Source: an uncultured Arenimonas sp.
Lineage (GTDB): Bacteria > Pseudomonadota > Gammaproteobacteria > Xanthomonadales > Xanthomonadaceae
Reading direction: 5' to 3'
Assembly: GCA_964584915.1 (NCBI GenBank)
Contig: CAZPCE010000003.1
Span: 8,156 to 42,115, forward strand
Length of the DNA: 33,960 nt
This document shows, piece by piece, positions 9,973 through 18,493 of this stretch. The translations under genes were made by a program, and so were the position numbers. A model generated the notes under the pieces. The model was not told where the DNA came from, ran no database searches, and worked only from the letters and a program-made list of their open reading frames with translations. Each line of letters starts with the position of its first letter. Position 1 is the stretch's first letter.

Positions 9973-12735
9973 ATGAAAAAAATTATCTCGCTGACATTCC
10001 TGCTGCTTTCAATTTCTGCACCTGCATTGGCGGCGAAAAACGACAGTTGCGTACCCAGTCCACTCGGGAAACGGGAATTGTATTTGCGCGGAAGTTTCAA
10101 TACCTGGAATGCGCAGGATGAGAAAAAATTCATCTATCGTTGCAACCGTTATGAACTCATTACCGATATCATCGGCGAGCAAAAATTCAAGATCGGCGAC
10201 GAAGCCTGGTCATCCGACGCCGACTTCGGCGCATCGGAGCCCATTACTGCCGCTGGAATTCCACTCTCTCCTATCGGCAAGGAACTGAGCTACCCTTTTT
10301 CCGGCAAGCAACGGATTACGCTTGATATGACTCAATCTGCCACCCATCCGGTATTGCAAATTTCCCAATGCGGAAACACGCCATTGGGCGTAGAGACCAT
10401 TTACCTGCGCGGATCCATGAACACCTGGACCGCCAATGAAGACTACGCATTCCAATTCCATTGCGATGCCTATTATCTGAACGTCAACACGAGCGGGCGA
10501 CATGCATTCCGGATCGGAGATGTCGCCTGGAGCGGGCAAAACAGTTTTGCCGCTCCGTCCGGCAGTACCAATACGATTGAAGCGGACAAAGCCTTCCGGA
10601 TCGCACGCGTAGCCGACAACCCTGCGCTAGGCAATCTGCATTTTGATTTCACCGGCGAACATACGGTTCGCCTCGTCTTCGACGGCGGCAATGCCGGCAC
10701 ACCCAGCCTGACTATTGGTCCGAAGCAATTCGAAGCCGCCGGCCCCCAGGCAATCGAAGATCCGATTGCATTAAGCGTGCAATTCGATTCGCGTTCACTG
10801 CAGGACAAATCGCCGTTTGGTGCCGTTGTTACGGAAACTCCCTTGAGCATCGGCTTCACCGCCCTGCCCGGCATAACTAGTGCCACGCTGGTTCTGGAAA
10901 AACGCCTGCTGGAAGGTAATCAGGAAGTACTGGAATACAGTGCCGTCAATCGCGTTCCGATGGGCAAGCAGCACGATGGCCAGCGCGAGCGCTGGAGTGC
11001 CGGCGCCAGTTTCAAAGAAATCGGCGTGTACGGTTATTATTTCGAAATCCGCATCGGCGATAAAACCTATGTGTATCAGAATAATCGCGACGAGGTTCCG
11101 TGGACTCGCGAACGCGGTACGAACGGTATAGGTGCCATTGCCGAAATGCCGGAGAACATGAAAAGCATACGCCGCTACCGTCAAACCGTATTCGACAAAA
11201 ATTACAAAGTACCGGCATGGGCGAAAGATGTCGTGTACTACTACATTTTTCCGGAACGTTTCCGTAACGGAAACGCACTCAATGATCCCAAGGCCGGTAA
11301 ATACAAATATCACGACCATACCGCAGAATCACATCCGCAATGGCTGGGCATTCCCTACAAGCCCAATACCGGCGATGGTTCCGATGATTACTACAACAAT
11401 GATTTTTTTGGCGGCGACTTGTCGGGCATCATCGAAAAACTCGATTACATTGCCGATCTGGGCGCCAATACGATTTACATGACGCCGATATTTCATGCCG
11501 TCAGCAACCACAAATACGACACGGCGGACTACAAACACATCGATCCGCACTTTGGCAGCAACGAAGATTTCGAAAAACTTTGCGAGGAAGCGGCGAAGCG
11601 AGGAATAAGGATATTGCTCGATACCTCTCTCAACCATACCGGCAGCGATTCGGTCTATTTCGACCGCTTCGGCAATTTCAAGAGCAATGGCGCTTTCGAT
11701 AACGCCAAAATAAACCCGGCTTCGCCCTATGCCGATTGGTACAGTTTCGATGCGACGAAATCCGACCCCGAACAACAATACAAGGGCTGGGTAGGCGTTC
11801 GCGATTTGCCCGAATTGAACAAGGCATCGAAAAGCTTTCGCAACTATGCTTTCGGTGCGGACGATTCGGTCATGAAACATTGGCTCAACCTTGGCGCATC
11901 CGGCTGGCGCATGGATGTTGCTCCATGGGTGCCGGATGATTTCTGGCGCGAATGGCGGGCTGCGGTCAAAGGCCATAATCCGAATGCGATAACGGTGGCC
12001 GAAAGCTATTTCGATTCCTCTAAATTTTTCCTGGGCGACATGTTCGATTCCACGATGAACTATATTTTCCGCAACGCGGTCATCGACTATGCGAACGGAA
12101 AGCCGGCACCAGATAGTTACCGCCATATCGAATTCATGCGTGAAGTCTATCCGCAGCAGTCGTTTTATGCCTTGATGAACCTGCTATCGAGCCATGACCA
12201 GCCTAGAACCTTGCATGTACTTGGCTACCAAAATCCAGAAGCGAATTCGGCAACGATTGCGTCAGCCAAGCAAAAATTCAGGCTTGCGGTATTTTTCCAG
12301 ATGACTTTCCCCGGCGCGCCTACGGTGTATTACGGCGACGAGGTCGGCATGATCGGCGGCGAAGACCCCTACAACCGCGCGCCCTACCCCTGGGCCGACA
12401 AGGGCGGAAAACCGGATATCGCATTATTGGCCGAGTTCAAGAAACTGATCCAGCTCCGCAAGGACAATCCGGTATTAAGCCACGGCAGCCTGGAAGCACC
12501 CTTGTTCATGAATGAAAATGTCATAGTGCTGGCACGCCAATTCGAAAATACCGTTGCCATAACGGCAACCAATAATTCGACGGCAGCACAAACAATCACC
12601 ATTGATTTGCCGGCGAACATCAAAGCCCGGTCTTTTATCGACGCACTCAGCAAGCAAGAAATCCAAGCCATCGATGGAAAAATAAATATTACGGTTCCAG
12701 CACAATATGGGCTGGTATTAATCGCACAGCCGTAG
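9973..12735 (+). CDS. Exported multidomain GH13 glycoside hydrolase (neopullulanase/amylopullulanase/cyclomaltodextrinase-like) with two N-terminal putative starch-binding repeats
   Basis: Signal peptide, YYIFPERFRNG, FFGGDLSG, SNHKYDT, DTSLNH (region I), LPELN (V), GWRMDVA (II), VAES (III), LLSSHD (IV), YYGDEVG. Confidence 0.9.
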   Translation: MKKIISLTFLLLSISAPALAAKNDSCVPSPLGKRELYLRGSFNTWNAQDEKKFIYRCNRYELITDIIGEQKFKIGDEAWSSDADFGASEPITAAGIPLSPIGKELSYPFSGKQRITLDMTQSATHPVLQISQCGNTPLGVETIYLRGSMNTWTANEDYAFQFHCDAYYLNVNTSGRHAFRIGDVAWSGQNSFAAPSGSTNTIEADKAFRIARVADNPALGNLHFDFTGEHTVRLVFDGGNAGTPSLTIGPKQFEAAGPQAIEDPIALSVQFDSRSLQDKSPFGAVVTETPLSIGFTALPGITSATLVLEKRLLEGNQEVLEYSAVNRVPMGKQHDGQRERWSAGASFKEIGVYGYYFEIRIGDKTYVYQNNRDEVPWTRERGTNGIGAIAEMPENMKSIRRYRQTVFDKNYKVPAWAKDVVYYYIFPERFRNGNALNDPKAGKYKYHDHTAESHPQWLGIPYKPNTGDGSDDYYNNDFFGGDLSGIIEKLDYIADLGANTIYMTPIFHAVSNHKYDTADYKHIDPHFGSNEDFEKLCEEAAKRGIRILLDTSLNHTGSDSVYFDRFGNFKSNGAFDNAKINPASPYADWYSFDATKSDPEQQYKGWVGVRDLPELNKASKSFRNYAFGADDSVMKHWLNLGASGWRMDVAPWVPDDFWREWRAAVKGHNPNAITVAESYFDSSKFFLGDMFDSTMNYIFRNAVIDYANGKPAPDSYRHIEFMREVYPQQSFYALMNLLSSHDQPRTLHVLGYQNPEANSATIASAKQKFRLAVFFQMTFPGAPTVYYGDEVGMIGGEDPYNRAPYPWADKGGKPDIALLAEFKKLIQLRKDNPVLSHGSLEAPLFMNENVIVLARQFENTVAITATNNSTAAQTITIDLPANIKARSFIDALSKQEIQAIDGKINITVPAQYGLVLIAQP

Positions 12736-12798
12736 GGTGGGCGTCGCCCGCCATCGCCTGATGCTCGATTGAACCATGGTGGGCAATGCCCACCCAAC
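12732..12798. repeat. REPIN-like inverted pair of GTAG-family REP sequences
   Basis: GTAGGGTGGGCGTCGCCCGCCA (12732-12753) and, on the - strand, GTTGGGTGGGCATTGCCCACCA (12777-12798). Each has a short internal palindrome after the GTAG/GTTG tetranucleotide. Lies between convergent genes. Confidence 0.8.
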
Positions 12799-12805
12799 AT
12801 TCAAA

Positions 12806-13690
12806 TCAAATCTCGCCGCGCCAATTCTGGTCATGAGCTTTGAAACATTCGCGCAACTGCAAAACCTGAGATGGCTCCAAAGCGCCCTTCGACGCCCAGA
12901 CAATATTCTGCTTCAGATGCTTGATACTGCTGGTCCCGACCACGGCGCTCGATACGCCCGAAAACGAGAGCGCAAACCTCAACGATAACTCGCCCCACTC
13001 CAGATCGAACGCCGGTGGATTCATGGCTTTCCAGCGATGCCAATAGGTTTCGCAGTAATCACCGGTCGGTACGGAATCAAATCGCCAGGGATGATTCGCA
13101 GTGGGTCGCTTGGCAATAAAGCCCTTACCTGGCATGCCTGATAATTGCCCATCCAATAAATGTTGATCGCAAATATTCAGTGACCCCATGAAACCATCGA
13201 AGCGATCCATGTTGATCGCATAACTCAGATCATCGTTATCGCCGGAATACGCAATCGCGATTATCTTGCCGGCCTGCTTTGCTTTCTCTAACGCATCCAC
13301 GACCTCACTACCTTCCAACACGGCACTCGGACAGGAATGCAGATGCGCGATATCGATGCGATCAGTTTTCAGCTTGCGAAGCGCCTGCTCGACACCAGCG
13401 GTAATACAGGGCCCTGTCCAGTCTTCAATACCTTCAACGCCATAGCCAAGCTTGGTCGACAACACAAACTGGTTGCGCCTGGATGAAAGATGCTGGCCGA
13501 TTCTTTGCTCTGAAATGCCATAACTGGGAGCGGTATCAATCAGATTGATACCGAGATCGATCGCGGTGTCGAGAATTTCATGCACGGCTGCTTCGGATAA
13601 GACTGCATTGCCTATTTGAATGGCCCCCAGCCCCAGTGAGGATACTTGCAGCCCCGTTGTGCCGTAGTTTCGTTTCTCAATCATTGGCAT
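12806..13690 (-). CDS. Aldo/keto reductase
   Basis: VSSLGLG, LIDTAPSYG (Asp, Tyr), LSTKLG (Lys), LRKLKTDRIDIAHLH (His), LRFALS, VVGTSS. Start at ATG 13690 or 13684, overlapping the upstream amylase stop. Confidence 0.9.
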   Translation of the reverse strand: MPMIEKRNYGTTGLQVSSLGLGAIQIGNAVLSEAAVHEILDTAIDLGINLIDTAPSYGISEQRIGQHLSSRRNQFVLSTKLGYGVEGIEDWTGPCITAGVEQALRKLKTDRIDIAHLHSCPSAVLEGSEVVDALEKAKQAGKIIAIAYSGDNDDLSYAINMDRFDGFMGSLNICDQHLLDGQLSGMPGKGFIAKRPTANHPWRFDSVPTGDYCETYWHRWKAMNPPAFDLEWGELSLRFALSFSGVSSAVVGTSSIKHLKQNIVWASKGALEPSQVLQLRECFKAHDQNWRGEI

Positions 13691-15134
13691 CTTCCGAACC
13701 CTGTTTATCACGCATTTTCTTCCGCGCCACCGCTGAAGGCTGCACAGCCCACATCCTCGCGGAACGCGCCGGCAAGCGAAATCCATAGCTTCCGCTTTCG
13801 ATCCTCAAGGTCGCGCCGGTGAAAGATTCGCGGTAATCGCGGAACCAGTAAAAGCGGTTGTTTGTATCGACATTGAAGAGTACTTCGTAACCGCATTTAT
13901 TGATGCCGGCCATGCCCTCCTGGCCACGGCGCCAAAATACGGCGCAGTCGTTGTAAGCCAGAACCTCCTGGCCAATGCCCTGCATTTTGTTGTGAAAACC
14001 TACCATGGCGACAATGTCGGCGCTTTTGTGCGCATCGAACCAGCGGCCGTTGTCGCCGGCCGTGTAGTCGCTGTAAACCATGGGCTCGCCACCAGCACGA
14101 CCCAGCAAATAGGCATAGGCAATTTTTTCGTCGATGGGATCGAATAACAAATATCGAAAACCGCCATTGTTCGGAATGTCGTGGGTGATTGGCATGGTGA
14201 GTGCGCGCGCGGGATCGAGGGCCTGGCCGCTGGCAAATGGATCAACCAATTGATTGAAGCTTTGGCCGAATCCGAAAGCCCGTTTAAGCGTATTGAGCAG
14301 CGGAAAATCATAGGCACCGAAATTCAGCGGCATATCGCGCAGAAACGGAGCGAGGAAGCGGTCATAGTCGGTTGTACCGGCACCGCCACCCGTGATTATT
14401 TCCGCATAGAGAGGACGGCTGCCGATCAAGTCATCGCTGAAAACCGCGCGTAAGTGTTGGTTGGTCATGTGCTTGGCAGCATCAACCCGATAACCGTCAA
14501 CGCCATAGGCATTCAGCACGCCGATATATTGTCGCTGCTGTTTTATCACCCAGCCATTAGCATCGAGATCCGGCAACCCGCGATCACCCGAGCCACCGCA
14601 CAAGCGCCAATTCTGAACCTGGTAAACGTCCGTATAATCCGTAATGCAACGCGCTTCATGAAAATCAGTTGGCCCAAAAAGGTTTTTGGACAGATCGCCA
14701 AACATGCGCTGTCTCGAGAAATACTCACGTCGTCTCGTGTAATCGTATAACCCGGCAGTGCCCGGAAAATCCAGCGCTCCGTCGCGTTCATTTGCCATGT
14801 GGTTCAAAACGATATCGGCATACACCCTGACGTTTTTTTCGTGCAGGGCGACGACCATTGCCTTGAAAGTTTCCGTATCGCCCCGGCAATGGCTGATGAC
14901 GCGATAGTCCTGCGGCTGATAACGGAAATACCAGGCGCAATCCTCACCCGACTTCAGAGGCGGAACAACCAATACCGCGCGATAACCCAGATTCGCAATC
15001 TCGTCCGCCTGCTCGGCTACGCGCGAATAGGGCCAATCAAAGGCGTGCAGAACGACGTCGGCGTTTGCGTAACCGGCAGGAAATATTCCGGCTATCAGCA
15101 CATAAAAAAAAGATTTAATCAGCTGCGCATGCAT
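13677..15134 (-). CDS. Secreted alpha-amylase (GH13, Gram-negative GH13_27-like)
   Basis: Signal peptide ending ANA-DVVLHAFDW, WYFRYQPQDY, DIVLNHM, LPDL, GYRVDAAKHM, AEII, PITHD. Subfamily assignment is from recalled similarity only. Confidence 0.9.
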   Translation of the reverse strand: MHAQLIKSFFYVLIAGIFPAGYANADVVLHAFDWPYSRVAEQADEIANLGYRAVLVVPPLKSGEDCAWYFRYQPQDYRVISHCRGDTETFKAMVVALHEKNVRVYADIVLNHMANERDGALDFPGTAGLYDYTRRREYFSRQRMFGDLSKNLFGPTDFHEARCITDYTDVYQVQNWRLCGGSGDRGLPDLDANGWVIKQQRQYIGVLNAYGVDGYRVDAAKHMTNQHLRAVFSDDLIGSRPLYAEIITGGGAGTTDYDRFLAPFLRDMPLNFGAYDFPLLNTLKRAFGFGQSFNQLVDPFASGQALDPARALTMPITHDIPNNGGFRYLLFDPIDEKIAYAYLLGRAGGEPMVYSDYTAGDNGRWFDAHKSADIVAMVGFHNKMQGIGQEVLAYNDCAVFWRRGQEGMAGINKCGYEVLFNVDTNNRFYWFRDYRESFTGATLRIESGSYGFRLPARSARMWAVQPSAVARKKMRDKQGSEDAND

Positions 15135-15213
15135 TACCGGCTCCTGATTTTATTCGAAAGACCGATGCTCTTTGGATTTGCATCCCGACCGGACAATTGA
15201 CCCGGTTCTTGCC

Positions 15214-15248
15214 AAAAAAAACCTTGCCAGTTCTCACTGGCAAGGTTT
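15214..15248 (-). terminator. Rho-independent terminator after the TonB-dependent receptor
   Basis: Perfect stem AAACCTTGCCAGT-TCTC-ACTGGCAAGGTTT with an 8-A run on +, which reads as a U-tract on the - strand. It lies ~22 bp after the TBDR stop. Confidence 0.85.
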
Positions 15249-15270
15249 AACCGGGGAAGGACACTAACTA

Positions 15271-18087
15271 TTAGAATTTGTAATTTAAACCCAGCAAAAC
15301 GGTACGGCCGTAGACACCATAACGTTTGGGAGCCGTATCATCGCCACGCAGGTAGTATTGGCCATAGGGGTCGTTCGTCAGGTTATTGACCTGCAACAAG
15401 AGCGACAATCCTTCCCAATTGCTTCCTTCCTTGAAGTTGTAGCCGACCTGGAGATCGGTGATGACTTCCGGTGCGTAGTAATCGAATGTGCGATTGCCCG
15501 CAAAGCCCCTTTCTTCGCCCAAGAACTTGTCGCGATAGCGCTTGCTGATGCGTGCAGAAAAACCGTGTTTCTCGTAGTAAAAACTTCCGTTTGCACTGAG
15601 CGTGGACAAACCCTGCAAAGGACGAGCCGAACCGGGGCCGTCAGTCTCGATGCTGCTCTTTATGTCGGATGCATTCAGTGTGAAACCGAAGCCATCAAGC
15701 TTGTCCCAGACCATGCCCAGCGGAAAGGAAGCATTGAATTCGAGACCTTTGACATAGCCACCGGTGCCATTGAGGAAATATCTCACAACGCCAGTGTTGC
15801 TTACCGGGGTCAACGCTCCCGGATTCACGTAACCGGTAAAATCAAACTCGGCATCCTGATCGTAACTGAAGGTCGTCAGTTTTTTGTAGAAATATGCCAA
15901 CCCGATGAACGCTTTGTTGTCGAAATATTTTTCGTACGCCAAATCGTAGGAATTCGTACGTGTCGGTTCCAACTTCGGATTGCCCGCATTGCCTCTCCAG
16001 AAGCACTGGGTAGGAAGCAAAACGCCATGGTACTCATTAGGGCCTTCAAAATCGCATCGATACTGGTTGCTTGCCCTCATTTTATCAATTCGTCCGCGAG
16101 CCAGTGTTTTGGCTGCCCCGAAACGGATGAACTGTTCATACGGGAGTTCGAAAGAAAGATTCAAGCTGGGCAGGAAATCGTTGTATTGCGCACCGTCGGT
16201 TATTGGAGTCGCAATGGTTCCTGCACCATTTGAAGCAAAACCCTCAGAGCTTTGGTCGGTCTTGATAAACTGCATTCCCACATTGCCTCTGACCGGCACG
16301 GACCCCAGGTCCGTATCGATGTTCAACTGTGCGAACGCGGTCGTCACCTTTTCGTTTACCGACCAGTTCTTGTCGTAAACATCGCCAGGGCTGTTAAGCG
16401 AACGGGTATAGAGGCCACTGTTCAACGCCGCTTCCATATCGAAGGCGATGATCGGCATTCCGCCGGTCAGACTGTGATTAACCTGCCCCTGCAGAAATGA
16501 TGCGGGGATCGGTGTAGGTACTGCGCTGCCCGCAGCCAATCTGAGAATGTATTCGATCCCTTCACGGCTCTTGTCTCGATCGGAATAATTAACGCCGAAT
16601 TCGACGCTGCTGAAAGCCCCTTCGAGAAAGTCTCGCTTCAGGTTCAAGCGGAAAGCAAATTGGTCATCGCGAACCTTGAAATCCTTGAGATAGCCAGCCT
16701 GCCCCCAACCGGAACTATCGGTCAGGTTAATAATCCCTGGGTCCGCATTATTCAAACCAAAGGAATAAGTGGGCAATCCGGTACTTGGATTAATCGTAAA
16801 GTTGACGGTTTGCGACAGCGGATTATCCGCAGCATCGGTAGCGCCAGCATAAAGCTCGAGAATCATGTCGTCACGCTTGGCGCTCGAGCCGCTGACGTCC
16901 AGCACTGCTGTCCAATCCTCATTCAGCTTCAATTTGTTGTTCCAGCCAATCGAGAAAATCTTGTCGTTGCTGGTATTCAGCTCGTGCTTTTGTACAGGAG
17001 TAATGCCGGAAAATGTGCCGCTCAAGACATGCGTCAGGCCAAATAGCTCGCCTGTGGTGATATTGGTAGGATTTGCTCCGGTCCAGCCGAGCCCCATTTC
17101 CATGCCGCGAGCGACTTCAGCCTTGTCGAATTTCGAAAAGAAAATGTCCAATTCGCTGTGAAACTTATCGTTGGGCTTGTATTCGAGCACAGCCATCACG
17201 CCGGTGCGCACGTTATCGGTAGAAGATGCGCGTTGCTTGCTGCCTTCCTGAAACAAAGCCGTCCCGCCCGCGACCGAAGCATCCGTCTTATAGCCGGTTG
17301 CTTCCCATTGTTCGTTTTGACCGGGCGAATCAAGGCGTGCAATACCCAGGGCGATGCCAAACGTATTGTCTGCAAACTGGTCGATATAGGTGGCGCTCAG
17401 GCGGCTGCCCCGATCCGAAAAGCCCGGGTTTATTTCGCCGAGCGAATTTTCTTCCAGACGACCATTCAGAGAGATATTGCGTTCGCGATAATTGAGCGGC
17501 TTAAGCGTTTGCAAGTCGACGGTGCCGGACATGCCCTGGCCCACCAGCTTGGCATCTGGCGTTTTGTATATGGTCACTCCACCGATCAACTCGGAAGGAT
17601 ATTGGTCGAACTCGACACCACGATTGTCACCGACGCTAACTTGCTCGCGTCCATTCAACAGGGTCGTTGAAAAATCGCCGGCGAATCCGCGGATGTTGAT
17701 TTCCGATGCACGACCGGCGATTCGCTGGGACGTGATGCCCGGTGCGCGGGAAATGGCATCGGCGATGGAATTGTCGGGAAGCTTGCCAATATCTTCTGCC
17801 GAAATAACTTCAACGATCGATGTTGCTTCTTTCTTTTTCTCGATAGCGGTTTCAATACTGCGGCGAATGCCGGTAACCTTGATCTCGTCAAGCTCGGCAG
17901 TCTCGCCTTCTTTCTTCTTCTTGGCGGCAACGTCTTGTTCTTCTTTGGTGGCAGCATCTGCTTGCTGGGCAAAACTATTCGTACTTGCCAGCAGGAATGC
18001 CGCCGCACAGGCCGCAGCAATGGGATTGAGTTTAAAGATCGCCTGTCGCTCTGCGTTTCTTTTCGCTTTATTGGCGTCGCTGTGCAT
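15271..18087 (-). CDS. TonB-dependent outer-membrane receptor, probably for maltodextrins
   Basis: Signal peptide, TonB-box-like DEIKVTG, plug motifs AEDIGKLPD..IADAISRAPG, IRGF..TLLNGRE, FDQYPSEL, then LPSLNL, GNPKLEP, NNLTN and C-terminal LGLNYKF. Substrate is inferred from context. Confidence 0.93.
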   Translation of the reverse strand: MHSDANKAKRNAERQAIFKLNPIAAACAAAFLLASTNSFAQQADAATKEEQDVAAKKKKEGETAELDEIKVTGIRRSIETAIEKKKEATSIVEVISAEDIGKLPDNSIADAISRAPGITSQRIAGRASEINIRGFAGDFSTTLLNGREQVSVGDNRGVEFDQYPSELIGGVTIYKTPDAKLVGQGMSGTVDLQTLKPLNYRERNISLNGRLEENSLGEINPGFSDRGSRLSATYIDQFADNTFGIALGIARLDSPGQNEQWEATGYKTDASVAGGTALFQEGSKQRASSTDNVRTGVMAVLEYKPNDKFHSELDIFFSKFDKAEVARGMEMGLGWTGANPTNITTGELFGLTHVLSGTFSGITPVQKHELNTSNDKIFSIGWNNKLKLNEDWTAVLDVSGSSAKRDDMILELYAGATDAADNPLSQTVNFTINPSTGLPTYSFGLNNADPGIINLTDSSGWGQAGYLKDFKVRDDQFAFRLNLKRDFLEGAFSSVEFGVNYSDRDKSREGIEYILRLAAGSAVPTPIPASFLQGQVNHSLTGGMPIIAFDMEAALNSGLYTRSLNSPGDVYDKNWSVNEKVTTAFAQLNIDTDLGSVPVRGNVGMQFIKTDQSSEGFASNGAGTIATPITDGAQYNDFLPSLNLSFELPYEQFIRFGAAKTLARGRIDKMRASNQYRCDFEGPNEYHGVLLPTQCFWRGNAGNPKLEPTRTNSYDLAYEKYFDNKAFIGLAYFYKKLTTFSYDQDAEFDFTGYVNPGALTPVSNTGVVRYFLNGTGGYVKGLEFNASFPLGMVWDKLDGFGFTLNASDIKSSIETDGPGSARPLQGLSTLSANGSFYYEKHGFSARISKRYRDKFLGEERGFAGNRTFDYYAPEVITDLQVGYNFKEGSNWEGLSLLLQVNNLTNDPYGQYYLRGDDTAPKRYGVYGRTVLLGLNYKF

Positions 18088-18145
18088 GTTGTTCCCCGTT
18101 AGTTGGTTGTAGACCAGTCAATACAAGTCCTGAAACGGCCCTTCG

Positions 18146-18160
18146 TGTAGCAAAAGTACT
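18146..18160. promoter_or_regulatory. HexR-type operator (degenerate) TGTAGCAAAAGTACT
   Basis: Near match to the locus palindrome, upstream of the TBDR. Confidence 0.6.
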
Positions 18161-18187
18161 ATTCAGAACAAAAGCTCTAAACCGAAA

Positions 18188-18202
18188 TGTAACAAAATTA
18201 GA
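18188..18202. promoter_or_regulatory. HexR-type operator (degenerate) TGTAACAAAATTAGA
   Basis: Near match preceded by AAA like most other copies, 42 bp from the 18146 copy. Confidence 0.55.
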
Positions 18203-18339
18203 GAACATGTCAAATGGTGAATCAATCAGATTTGACACGGTGATTCGCCAATAAATATCAGTATATTCAATAAATACATATACTTAATTGAATATCTTAA
18301 AGCCAGCACCTTCAATTATTTAAGTTATATTTTTATAAA

Positions 18340-18354
18340 TGTAGTTAAGTTACT
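18340..18354. promoter_or_regulatory. HexR-type operator TGTAGTTAAGTTACT (possible autoregulation)
   Basis: Strong match upstream of the glk-hexR fusion. Confidence 0.75.
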
Positions 18355-18493
18355 TAATAAAATCACTCAACCCGGTTCTTTTGTAACCCAAAAACAGCCG
18401 ATTCGTTCAGCTTTGCGTTGACCGGGCAACCCCAAAACACGTACTTTGCACACTTCCCTGTCCCCAACTGCAATAAATAGCGAGCCTCTCCGC

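Noticed and set aside
13691-13786. N-terminal extension of the AKR ORF
   Set aside because: It overlaps the amylase gene, and AKR homology begins at M(PM)IEKR.
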